A DNA stretch of 64,000 bases from Fimbriosthenelais zetlandica (taxonomy: Eukaryota), in assembly GCA_977030845.1 (NCBI GenBank), contig OZ365109.1:11284001-11348000 (forward strand), read 5' to 3'. The translations under genes were made by a program, and so were the position numbers. Position 1 is the first letter of the stretch, and every line of letters begins with the position of its first letter. Under the pieces are notes generated by a model. That model made no database searches and was not told where the DNA came from. It worked only from the letters and a program-made list of their open reading frames with translations. Below are positions 45,716 through 57,574 of this stretch, piece by piece.

Positions 45716-45859
45716 CATTACTATTAGTGTATACTCCTTGACATTACAAATATGATATTGGGGACATCATTGAACATTATATTATTAATAGAATATTATT
45801 AAACATAATATTAGAAAGTGCGCAGTCACTGGCAGCTCGCATCTACCCACAGAATTCCC

Positions 45860-46815
45860 GCACCCGATCACCTCTGGTGGTATGCCATCACTGCCAAGGG
45901 CTTATTTATTTATTTATCTATAAGATTTCTGGCAAGGCCAGGTTTCCGGCATTAACAAAGAGTCTACAAAGTGGCTTCATTGAAGAACCACCTATTCGGT
46001 GAATCTATGTTTCTAAGGAAGATTTGAGAAAAAGAACAACTACAAAGATTAACGTTAGTACTAAAGAACTAGTATTACAAGTAAACATAAGATACAAAGA
46101 CTAGAGGAAGATAAGATGGAGGTTAGACTAACAGGGAGTACGTAAGCTAAAATGAAGAGTTTGGGGGAGAAAAAATAATTTCGTTGAGTGAAATCGGTTT
46201 CCTAATAGGAGCTTTGCCACCATAGAGTGTGTATATGGCTTTGCTTGGTACTTCAGGGCAGGGCGTCAAGCTCGTCCATCACTGTAAGGTCTTTAATGGA
46301 GGTGAGAGCAGCATCTGTGACCACAGTCTCTCTGTCATAGACCTCGGAGTAGTGATCCATCCATCTGGCCATCTGGTTGTTGCGGTCGACTATGGTCTCT
46401 CCTGTGGTAGACCTTAGAGGAGCAGTTTTCTCCACTGTGGGGCTTTGTTATTGGATTACAGGTCTGTGAATTGTGATGGAGAGGAAATATAAAGGTACAA
46501 ATGCTTGTAGCTCCATATTAATGCTCACACCAGTCAGCACCAACTCTGGCGTTGAAATCTTCGAGGAGGATTATGGACTCCTAGAAGTGGTCCTTGATGT
46601 CATCAGGAGTGCACAGCGTGAGGGCATGCGCAATGAGGACATTTAAGGGGCCCTCTGCAGTGGTGAGACGGCCTGACAAGATGCGCTCGGAGCCACCACT
46701 TGGAGGTTCTACAGATACCAGGTATGTGCGTCTGATCGACTCCGTGCTGTCAGGGTTTGTCGAATCTCGACCTTTCCAGAAGAAGGTTCTCCTCTCGCAG
46801 AGATCCGCCTCGCTG
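45860..46815 (-). mobile_element. Decayed RTE-clade LINE, endonuclease/linker part
   Basis: SERILSGRLTTAEGPLNVLIAHALTLCTPDDIKDHF (46581-46700), QMARWMDHYSEVYDRETVVTDAAL...DELDALP (46253-46435), GKAP (~46210) and GSDGIPPEV (~45870-45897). These are typical RTE ORF segments. Confidence 0.75.
45905..46040 (-). mobile_element. Short interspersed retroelement 3' fragment; second copy at ~2520-2660
   Basis: CTGGCAAGGCCAGGTTT...ACAAAGTGGCTTCAT...CCACCTATT...TTTGAGAAAAAGAAC is shared with 2555-2660. Both have an (AAAT)n-like tail on the minus strand. Confidence 0.55.
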
Positions 46816-47879
46816 ACTGTTGCCTTCTGATTCTGGATATATACCATTATGGCAGCAACTGATGCACTCACAGTTGATGGTCTTGTAGAGAAGCTCCACT
46901 TGTAAGAACTACTGCAAGAATCACAAAGCAATGATCCTGGATAGGTACCCAATTGAAGTACCAAGTCATTTGAGATATCCACTAGATATACATGACTTGC
47001 AATTGTTGAGGATTTGCATACCAATTTTGTCAAATGACAAGCAGGGGCTGGATTTACATATGCCCAGTCATGTACATGAATTGGGGGTGGTGTTGGCAGC
47101 TACATTCTGGCGAGGGATTCCTCAATTGCTGACTTTTGCCTTCTGATTCTGACAACTTATCATTATCTGGCAGCATTGATGCACTTGCAGTTGGTCTTGT
47201 AGACAAGCTCCTCCTGTAAGAATCAATGCAAGAATCACAAAGTACTTAGCCTATTGGTGTACTAGATCATTAGAGATATCCGCTATATACAGGATTTGCA
47301 ATTCTTGAAAAGTTTAATACCCGTTTAATCTCCAATGTCTCCCCACAAAAGAATTAAGGGCTATGGATTTAGATACCAGACACCTACATGGACTGGATGC
47401 TTGGGTGACTGAGTGCGTGGGGGTCCACATTTTGGCAAGGGAGATTTCAATTGCCAATTCTGGAAACATATAATTTTCTAGCAGCTATTGATGCACATGC
47501 AGTCGATGGTCTTGCAGACAAACGCAAAATGATAGAATTACTGCAAAAATCACAAGGCAATGATCCCGGGTAGATACCCAATCAAAGTACCAAGTCATTT
47601 GAGATTCGCACTAGATATACATGACTTGCAATTGTTGCGAATTTTCACTTTGTCAAATGACTCCCCACACAGCAGGGGGCTGGGATTACAGATGCCCAAT
47701 CATGTAAATGAACTAGGGGTGGTGTTGGGAGCCATGTTCTGCTGAGGGATACCTCAATTGCTGACTTTTGCCTTCTGATTTTGGCAACATATCATTTTCT
47801 AGCAGCAATTGATGTACTCGCAGTTGATGGTACCTTAGACAACATGCAACATGAGTGTCTCCTCCAATGCCTCCCCACA

Positions 47880-48290
47880 CAAGAGCGGGCGGCAGGTGAC
47901 CAAGTGAGACGCGAAGTCTATCCCCACAGGAGGTAAACCGTGGCGGCCATTTCCCTGAGCCAATAGGCCTTAGAACCCGTAGAGACTGCTATACCTCCCA
48001 TGTCGTGTTGACGCCTAGGCGACGCAGGAGTGACCTCCCAAGGGCACGAGCCTGGGCAGTGGGTATGGAGGTCCTGGGTTGCCACTTGTCAGGACCCCTT
48101 CTCGGCCAAGCTGATGGGAGCATGACATTAGACACTAGGTTGGTTGCAGTTGACCACCAGTCCGCCTTAGTGGTCCACTCTGGATTTGGGTAAGGTTTAT
48201 TCCCAGCCTTTTCCTGTCCTGAGTCATTCGCAAGGCAGTGAGGCAGTCAGCCTTTGCCAGGATCTTGGAGTCGGTGTTTTTCTTCATCCC
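47880..48290 (+). mobile_element. Possible RTE-type 5' region or other retroelement fragment
   Basis: GC-richer block (GGGCACGAGCCTGGGCAGTGGGTATGGAGGTCCTGGG...) resembling RTE 5' ends as recalled. Not confirmed. Confidence 0.25.
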
Positions 48291-49133
48291 AGGTTTAACT
48301 GCCTGAAGCGAACTGAGGCGCCTGGGACACACACCCATTACCTTAATTACATTAGCCTACCGCTCCTTATAGTCTACATCCACTGAGTTCAAGATGTCTA
48401 GTTCTCAATATATAACAGAATCCTAAACCCTCTAACATTGCATGTCTAATTCCCAACCTATCTGTACCACTTCCCCTCTAACATTCTTTTCCGGCTAAAC
48501 GAAACATAAATAATTTATGATCCACCATTTCGACCCACTAATTAAGAACATGCAGCCACATGCAAACCTTTACCCCCACTCTCATTAACACCCTTGAGAG
48601 AAGGAATCCATTAACAATTTCCAGGCAAAATTCCGTCTGGATTTTACAACTAGGCTTATATATACTAACACGTTCTGTCCTACAAACCACCTATTATATA
48701 CATATGACAGGTGCCTGTCTATCCTATCCTCTGTCCTGGACAGGAATGGAAAATCGACCAAAACCCTTGAACCCCCCAGAACTAAACCCCTGACAGAAGG
48801 ATATCGTGGGTTATTCATAATGAGAGACAGAACCTCAGGTGGTTAAAATGTTGATTGATGTAGGTGTGCAAAGCCTCTGTGTCAGTGTGTTTCAATATAA
48901 TGATGCTGCAGTGGGTTCCACTCTCATCTATTCCGCTTCCAGTCAAATAGGTAGACTCGCTGCACTGCTCACTGTGTCTCCCTCCACGCCTGCCTTTTCC
49001 ACCCCCACCCCCCACCCAACCACACACACACCACCACCCACACCCATTCCCCCCATCCCTTCCCTCCACCTCCCGCACGTGCACACACTCCTTCTCCCGC
49101 CCTAATGCCTCCTCTGCATGGGAACATGCTCGA

Positions 49134-49375
49134 CACGTCAGAGTGACGTCAGAGGTGGGGAGGCGTGTGTGGCTGCCTACTTTACATATAAGATAAGTCA
49201 GTTGGCGGCTCCTGCATTCAGACACAGTGCGGAACAGGAGAGGTATTGTGGAGGCAGAAGCGAACATTATATATATTGAAAGTGCGGCGCAGGACACTCT
49301 GAGAAAGAGGGAGCCCCAGGAATTTACAGGCATACCCACACATAGCACAGGCAGGCAAGAATCAGCAGTACCAAG
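49134..49375 (+). promoter_or_regulatory. Candidate promoter and non-coding first exon of the neuropeptide gene
   Basis: Half CRE 49134-49140, full CRE TGACGTCA 49144-49151, TATAAG 49187-49192, Inr-like CATTCAG ~30 bp downstream, ~160 nt without ATG, then a donor CAAG|gtacga at 49375/49376. An acceptor ttccag at 57570 precedes the ATG exon. Confidence 0.5.
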
Positions 49376-52109
49376 GTACGACTGCAATATTACACAAAGC
49401 AAATCCATTCTTCTGCTCAATACGAGGATCTAAAATCCTTATTCAGTTACACATCAAACATGGAGTGCACGTGTAGAAGCAGGTAAACCCACATTTCCCA
49501 CCCCTCCAAAACATTTCATTTCTTAGTCCCATCCTGTTCAACTACCTTTGTCTATTGTGTCATTCCCCTCTCCCTTTCGAGTGATGTACCTTCTGTTTAG
49601 GAATATTTTCATAAATGAATCTTTTTCTGATGCTCAGGACAGGTGGGTACAGCTCTTGAATAACTTGGATTGTCGATGTTTATTCCCTATTTCTAGCTAC
49701 CAATCGATTAATTTGGATCGGATTTTGTAAAGAATGTTTTAAATTGATTCTTAATGATAATTTTTTCAAAATTTCGTCCAATATCTGTAATGCATACATT
49801 CTGTTATGCATACATTACAGATGTATTCTTAGAAATTGCACTTGGGTTATGCGCTCCACACGGGAATATATAATTTTATGAGACCAATAATAGATTTATC
49901 CTAACATCTCACGAAGTAAAACTATAGGCCTAATGGTTTTCAACTTCTCTCATGTGTATCATAAATTTTAACAAAACTGAGCAAAATTGTGTATTGGTTG
50001 GGATCTATGGTTGTGTTGCACACAGTTGTACAAAGCAGTGCGTATTGCTAATGCGCCATCGACAGCAGCACTTCGGTGGTTAAAGCAGCCAATCAGAAAG
50101 GATTACCATGTTTAGAAAACGTCTCTAAAAGCGCTTGCTGCTAGATGCTTCTGAGGCAGGATGCAAATGATGCGGGGAGAAGGTATCAATAAGTAAGTTA
50201 TGTAAGAGACCGACATGGCTTCCGCAATTACCACGCTTCACGGTACCTTTCTAATCTTTCCTTTGTTCTAATTCGTACATCAAGAAAAACAATGCAGCGT
50301 ATTCTTCGCCTGGGTGGGCGGGAGAGCCTCATCTTTTAAAAAGACTGCTTGATCTGCCACAGCTACTGAGAGATGGGTGGGGGTGGGGGGGGGGCGGGGG
50401 CGGTGGGGGTGGTGGGCGGTAAGGTATGAAAGAGGGGTAGGCAGGCTTGCCTGCCTGCCCTGCCTGCCTGCCTGCCTGCATCCCATCCCCTTCCTTTCAG
50501 GTATACGCTGAGCGAAACCCTTCAACTCCTTTCCTTGGCGATGAGAAATGTCTGTACCTTTTTGATTCACTTAATAAACCCATGAATTGCATTTTTTGGT
50601 GGGAGTAATATAGAAGAATGCGGTCCATGAACAAGCAAACATTTTGCCAGCGTTGCATCAATGGAAATATGACATATTCATGGCGATCGATAAGTTATTC
50701 AGAAGTGGGGAGTTGTGTCTGTGTGCTGGGTCAGTGGGGAGGAGGATGGAGTAGGACATGGAAGAGATGGCAATGCAGGAGTAGGCTTAATCCTGCCAGC
50801 AGCATCGCGATCTGTATCAATATTTGTCATGTTTAATCCCTTACACAGTAAAGAACGGCTTAGAATGTATATATACCTACAGTCATATAGTATTACCACC
50901 ACCACCACCTACTGCAGTCCTACCTTCCCCTAAGTCAACACCACCACCACCACCCACCCACCCCCCAATCACTACCATCACCACTATACTGACGCCCATA
51001 GCTGCTTGATCCACATCACTGGGCAAGACAGCAAGCGAGGAGGTAACGGAGACAAGTACCACCACATCGATACAGCAGGGCGGACTGCCGTGAGGAACTG
51101 AAGGACAATGTGTGTGTGTGAGTGAGTTATTATGGAAAGGCAAATGTATCCATAACTCCGATGTCCCAACACGTAGAAGGAAGGATGGCCAGGGAAAAAG
51201 CGTACAGAACGGCGGCATGCAGTTGTCCCGTTTGGCGGATTCCCATTGAGACTTGGCCGGATCAATAGTAGCACACAGCCCCAAGTATAAAGAATATTCC
51301 CTGAATTGACTCAAATTGAATCAAGAGACTGAATTGGCCAAGCAATGTACTTCGCTACATCGCATTCCTTCATTCCTAAATAGAATTTGTGACCCTTGAG
51401 GGACGTAGGAATGGAAAATTGGACTCACAGGGTTACCACAGTTATACTACAATACTGAATACTACTTACTCTAAAACATGGGAGGAAAAGATGACTGAAG
51501 GGGTGGTTGGAGGTCGTTTGACCTTCTCGTTATTATGGTCAGGGGAATTACGGCAAACCGTCTCTGCGGCGTCCCTGAGTTATGAATGAAAATTAGGCGA
51601 TTAAAGTGGACATCAAACTTCGCGTTAATGCCCTCCCTTTCACCAAAAAAAACGCATGTTATTAATTTTGCACGCGAATTTACATAGCCCTCCTACATGC
51701 ATGCCCACCACGCCCAGAAAATTAATGATCACATATTCAAAAATGCTAGCGCCAACTGTGCCCTTGTTTTTCACTTTTTATCAAATAAAGTGTTGAGGGG
51801 TCCAGTATATTATAAAGTATACTAATCTCGTAGAAGGTAATCCAAGATTAGTGCATGCAATAAATCCAATCCAAGATTAGTGCATGCAATAAATCCACTT
51901 GTACACACCATGAAAAATATACAGTGTGTTTTCTTCTTTGGTCTTTCCAAAACTCTGGCCGGTATTTTGCTTCAAATAATGTGTGGGTGACGTCAGAGCC
52001 TCGGCTGGGTCAATTCTGCCGCTGGCGCAGTCAATCGGCGGTACCCACGCAATCGCTTCACTTGTAACAAAGTGGACAAAGGAGAGAAGCAGGGAAAGTC
52101 TATACCTAT

Positions 52110-52402
52110 CAGGGGGCGGATCCAGTGGACAAAGGAGAGGAGCAGGCAAAGTCTATACCTATCAGGGGGGATCCAGTGGGGGTTCGGGGGGTTCGATCGA
52201 ACCCCCTTTATGAAAAAAAACACACAATAAAAGGTCTTGAAAAAATATGGCCAAACAAAGTCGGTGGGACAGTATGTGTAAGTATATACGGTATATACTT
52301 ATACTCTTTCTCCATTTCCAGCTATAGGTGTGTACGGGGACATTGCTCCCAACCCAACATAAATTCGAACCCCCACTTTTCAAATTGCTGGATCCTCCCC
52401 TG
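52110..52402. mobile_element. hAT-like non-autonomous element
   Basis: CAGGGGGCGGATCCAG / CAGGGGGGATCCAG left ends (duplicated) and a CTGGATCCTCCCCTG right end. No clear 8-bp TSD. Confidence 0.55.
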
Positions 52403-53457
52403 CCTATAGGCCTACATTAGTGAAATTATGGGAAATCATGGTAGATTTCTGTGGCCTGTGGGAAAACTGACTGTGATATGTTTCCTGTGATAATGGATAA
52501 GACGTGTATTGGTACCAGGCTAGGCCTTATCGGGGCCTTGAGTAGACCTAGTCCTAAGGCAGGGCCAATGATGCCACAGGCTTAGCATCGGCCACACTCA
52601 TGAATGCTTTGATGCTGCAGAGGGGCCCACAAGTGGCTTGATGATCAAAGGGACTAAATACCATGCTGACCACCACAGTTTGCTGAAAGAAAAAAGGTCT
52701 AAAGAAGGGGGGCCCAATACTTTGTCATGGTGGTGTGAATCCCACAAATGGCTTGATAACCACAGTGTGCTAAGGAACGCTCTACAAACAAAGGAGCGGA
52801 GCAAACAAATTGATGTCTCATTAACCTAACAATTTTGTGCATGGGTTGTATTCTTTTGTATTTTGTGGGCCCGTTTCTTAGTTCACTAAAATTTCTATTT
52901 TAGCCCAAAACGCGTTAGCCTATCAGTTTTCTTTCTTTGAGTAAATAGCCCATGCTCACAATCGAACAAGCTGCTAGGGGATTTTACTCGGGTAAAATGC
53001 AGGCCACAAAATAGGACGACAACATGGCAAGAATTCAGTGTTGTAGCCACAGGGTGCCCTTAGGGTGCAATTACCCTCTTTATTATGTGTGTGTTTTGCT
53101 CAGCGCTGAAAGGACTGGTGAGCTATTAGATGAGGTATGGGCCTGCAATTTTGAACTACAATTTTGGCCCACGCAATCGCGTTATTAGTATCTTAGTAGT
53201 GGAGCTGCCACCGTCGACCGATTTTGTTTTTCAAGATTGCTACATCGGTCTGTATCAATTTTCAAGTCATTTCAATAATAAATATAAGTACAATAAAGAT
53301 TTTTGTCTTCTTTTTGTCTGAATATAATGAGGATCTGAGTATAACTAGAAACGCATCACTTCTGAAGGCCTATTGGTAATAGACCACCAGCAATGCGTTC
53401 CTAGTGATGCTCAGCGTATTTTCGGGAAAAACATGGATCCGCGCATCGACACGGCGG

Positions 53458-53808
53458 TGTTAGAAGGCATGCATGGCGTATGAATTTGAGGCAACCGTGG
53501 AGCTAATTTTCAAAATGGCGGAGACGAGGAATTTTGTAGAGATTATGAAGGTTTGGGGAGTGTGGGGGAAGTAGGTGGGCGATGAACCACCATTGGTGCT
53601 TAGAAACCCCATCAACTCTACCTAATAATATACTGACAATGTTAGAAGGCATGGCTGGCGTATGAATTTGAAGCAATCGTGGAGGTGAAAAAAATCAAAG
53701 ACGGTGGAGACTATGAATTTTGTGGAGATTATGAAGGTTTGGGGGTGGGGGAGGTAGGTGGGCGGTGAGGCACTATATTGGTGTTTAGAAACCCCATCAA
53801 TTCTACCT
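53458..53808. repeat. ~180-bp diverged tandem duplication
   Basis: GTTAGAAGGCATG...GCGTATGAATTTGA...GATTATGAAGGTTTGGGG...TTAGAAACCCCATCAA twice. Confidence 0.7.
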
Positions 53809-54402
53809 GTACGTGGTTGCCGCAGTGACAAAGTCAGACAAGGTGCTAAAATTGTATGAGCCGACATTAGTTATTTATGACTTGGTTATGACTCGGTAGA
53901 AAGGGTTATAGAATATGTTATCCCAACCGTAAGGCTAGTATCCAAGGTAACCATAGCAACGTATATATGCTGAAAGACTCAAGGTAGATCCAGAGATTGA
54001 GCAGTTTAAAGCTTATTTATTGCCGTGACACTGGCTCATATAAGAAGTACCAAGATCCACACAATATTGTGGTGATCAATGCATTTTGACATTGAGATAG
54101 GCCCCAAAAGTTATATGACAAAACATCTGCATTCATACAGTTTATACCCAGACCATAAGAGAACTAGGAAAACATAAAATGGGACCCTCCTTCCGCCATC
54201 TTGGATCCTTGTAACTGCCTTCAGGTGTTGTCCCTTAATCCCTTCCCACGATGGATTCCGACGGAAATATCATACTGATATGCTCATTCAGTGAGAACAT
54301 GGCTAATCAGAGCATATAAATATCCACCATTTTGTCGAAACCTATATGATCTGAGGCCTATTTTCAGTGGAAACATTGATCTGACGATTATTTAAATCAT
54401 GC

Positions 54403-54491
54403 TACAGTCTGTTCACTCTAAGTTGATCCGAAACCACCATACATAATTTATGTACTGTGGTTTCGGATCAACTTAGAGTGAACAGACTGTA
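54403..54491. mobile_element. Minimal near-perfect palindrome, Tc1/mariner-like MITE
   Basis: Perfect 35-bp arms at 54403-54437 and 54457-54491, with TA|CAG...CTG|TA ends. Confidence 0.7.
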
Positions 54492-54559
54492 ATGACAATA
54501 GGGCCTATAACTATATTTGGTGGGACTCAAATTTCTGAAAAATCCTATTTTCTACTGAA

Positions 54560-56625
54560 AGTGCATCAGTTGCTGCCAGGACGATATATTGCCAGAATCG
54601 GAAGGCAACAGTCAGCAATTTCCATCTCCCTTGACAGAATGCGCCTCCAAACACCGTTTCACAGTACATGTATAGGTGACTGGGTATCCATAACCCCAGC
54701 CCCATCCTGTGTGTTGAGTCATTGGACAACACAGGTATGAACATTCGCAACAATTGCAAGTCATATTTAATGGATATCTCAAATGGATTAGTACCTGTGG
54801 AGCTTGTCTGCAAGACCATCAACTGCAAGTGCATTAATTGCTGCCAGAAAATGATATATTGCCAAGATCGTATAGTACCAGTCAGCAATTGACATCTCCT
54901 TCGCCAGAATGTGGACCCCCACGCATCCAGTCCATGTAGGTGACTGGCATCTCTAACCCAAGCCCCTTCCTTTGTGGGGAGACCTTGGAGGACAAGGGTA
55001 TCAAACTTTGCTAGAATTGCAAATCATGGATACCTAGTGCATATCTCTAATGACCTAGTACACTAATTGGCTAGATGCTAGGGATCTTTGCCTTGTGATT
55101 CTTGCAGTGGTTCTTTCAAGTGGAGCTTGTCTACAAGACCATTAACTGCAAGTGCATTCATTGCTGCCAGAAAATGATATGTTGCCAGAATCGTTTAGCA
55201 ATAGTCAGCAATTGACATCTCCCTCGCGAGAATGTGGACCCCAGGCACCCAGTCCATGTTGGTGACTGGCATCTCTAACCCCAGCCCCATCGTGTGTGGA
55301 GTGTCATTTAACAACATGGGTATGCAAATTCGCACCAATTGTAAGTCATGAATATCTAGGGGATATCTCATATGACTTGGTATACTATTTGGGTGCCCAC
55401 CAGAAATTATTGCCTAGTGATTCTTGCAGTGATTCTTGCATATTGCGCTTGTCTACAAGACCATCAACTTCTAGTATATCAATTGCTGCTAGAAAATGAC
55501 ATGTTGCCAGAATCAGATAGCAACAGTCGGCATTTGACATCTCCTACGCCAGAATGTGGACCACACGTAACCAGTCCATGTAGCTGATTGGCATCTGTCA
55601 CCCCAGCCCCTTCCTTTGTGGGAAGACATTGGAGGATAAACGTAGGGTATCAAACTTTGCTAGAATTGCAAATCATATGTATCTGATGGATATCTCAAAT
55701 GACTTGGTACCTTAATTCGGTACCTACCCAGGATCATTGCCTTGTGGTTCTTGCAGTGATTCTTGCATTCTGCGCATTTCTACACAACCATTCCTTTGTG
55801 GGGAGACATTGGAGAATACGGGTATTAAACTTTGCTAGAATTGCAAATCATGTATATCTAGTAGATATCTCTGAAACTAGTACACTAATTGGGTACCTAC
55901 CAGGGACCATTGCTTTGTGATTCTTGCAGTGGTTCTTACAAGTGAAGCTTGTCTACAAGAACATCAACTGCAAGTGCATTCATTGCTGCCAGAAAATGAT
56001 ATGTTGCCAGAATCGTTTAGCAATAGTCAGCAATTGACATCTCCCTCGCGAGAATGTGGAACCCAGGTACCCAGTCCATGTTGGTGACTGGCATCTGTAA
56101 CCCCAGAACCTTCCTTTGTGGGGAGACATTGGAAGATATGGGTATTAAACTTTGCAAGAATTGCAATTCATGTAAATCTAGTGTGTATCTAAAACGACCT
56201 GGTACACTAATTGGGTACCTACCAAAGATTATTGCTTTGTGATTCTTGCAGTGATTCTTGTATGTTGCGTTTCTCTACAAGACCATAAACTATAAGTGCA
56301 TCAATTGCAGCTAGAATATGAAATGGGGCCAGAATCGGAAGGCAAAAGTCGGCAATTGAGATCTTCCTCAACAGAATGTGGACAAACACCCTTCACCAAC
56401 ACCCTTTACCAACACACAACAACCCCTTCAATTCCATGAAGGTGAATAGTATTTTGTATCTCCCGCTCCTCCCTTCCTGCATGTGTGGGGAGGCATTGGG
56501 GGATACGGGCAGACCCCTATAGGAATTGGAAATCATGAATATCCAATGGGTATCTCTCGTCAGCTGGTACACTATTTGGCTGCCTACCAGGGATCACTGT
56601 CTTGTGAGTCTGTTTACAAGACTGT
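54560..56625 (-). repeat. Degenerate ~320-bp-unit array, right arm, inverted relative to 44070-47870
   Basis: Reverse-complement motifs (GGATCATTGCCTTGTG, GTGATTCTTGCAG, AATTGCAAATCATG). Period 320 measured between 55838 and 56158. Confidence 0.85.
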
Positions 56626-57574
56626 TTGATGTACCGTATAGAAAAAAATAAACATGTTTTACAAAAATAATCATACATAATGCATAGGCGTGGGTGGAAA
56701 TTAATGTAAAAGTTTAAAAAAGATAACAGATCAAGTTATATAGACAACATGAGTAAAGAGACAGGTCCGCAGTTCAATGCGACCGCTACTGACCCTGACC
56801 CTTGACCTACACTTCCTGCAAACCCTTCTGGGTCAAGAACAAAAAAACAACAAAAAAAACAGATCAAGTTATATGCACAATGCCTTCATGCGGTGGACAG
56901 TGGACAATGTGTACAGTTCATGTTATACATTACATGTATAGGCTACCTAGCTGCCGTTTTCCAAATAATGTAACATGGACTCTCCAATCTTATACATATA
57001 ATTAACTAGTCACAAAATTTGAATATTTTATATACTCAACAATCTGATATTTCAAAACATGTAAATGTACATCACCAATGACCGGGGGAGACCCCGAGAG
57101 CACATAAAGCTTAACATTGTGTAAAATAGATAACTCATAAACACTGTTATATTGTATTTAATTATGTGTTCTTTGTATATATGTCCTGTTTATTTGTTTT
57201 GTTTTTTTGTATATATATATCGTTATGTTTCGTTAATCTGGTTGCAAGGTTGTGATGACAACCGCCGGGAAATGCCTGCATAAATAAAACTCCTAAAAAA
57301 TTCAAAAGCATTGTTATTTGATCTTCCCTCTGACCTACCTTTACCCATGTACACTACATATAATGTACACCATTGGATAGAGCTTGCATTGATTTTTTTA
57401 AATTGCATTTTAAATCATTCTTATGACAGGGCAAAGTAATATGGACAATGAAAAAAAGGGTTTATAGCATTCCTTTCTCATTATTTTATACAATATTCTT
57501 ATGTTAATGTCTTGTTTACAGAAGTCTCACTGTGATTAGGTATGGGATTATTATTTTTCTCAAATTCCAGAACA

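Larger units (their letters stand above)
44070..47870 (+). repeat. Degenerate ~320-bp-unit array, left arm (44070-44870 and 46815-47870, interrupted by LINE and other insertions)
   Basis: Recurrent CAAGAATCACAAGGCAATGATCC...CACTAGATATACATGACTTGCAATT...GGGATTACAGATGCC...ATTCTGG...CAATTGCTGAC. Confidence 0.85.

Noticed and set aside
48300-48740. Possible LINE endonuclease remnant on the minus strand
   Set aside because: Only vague similarity, with no diagnostic motif readable in a single frame.
57521-57570. 18-nt micro-exon (acag|AAGTCTCACTGTGATTAG|gtatgg) before the ATG exon
   Set aside because: It would need a ~32-nt intron, too short for typical spliceosomal introns. At most an alternative acceptor in the 5' UTR.
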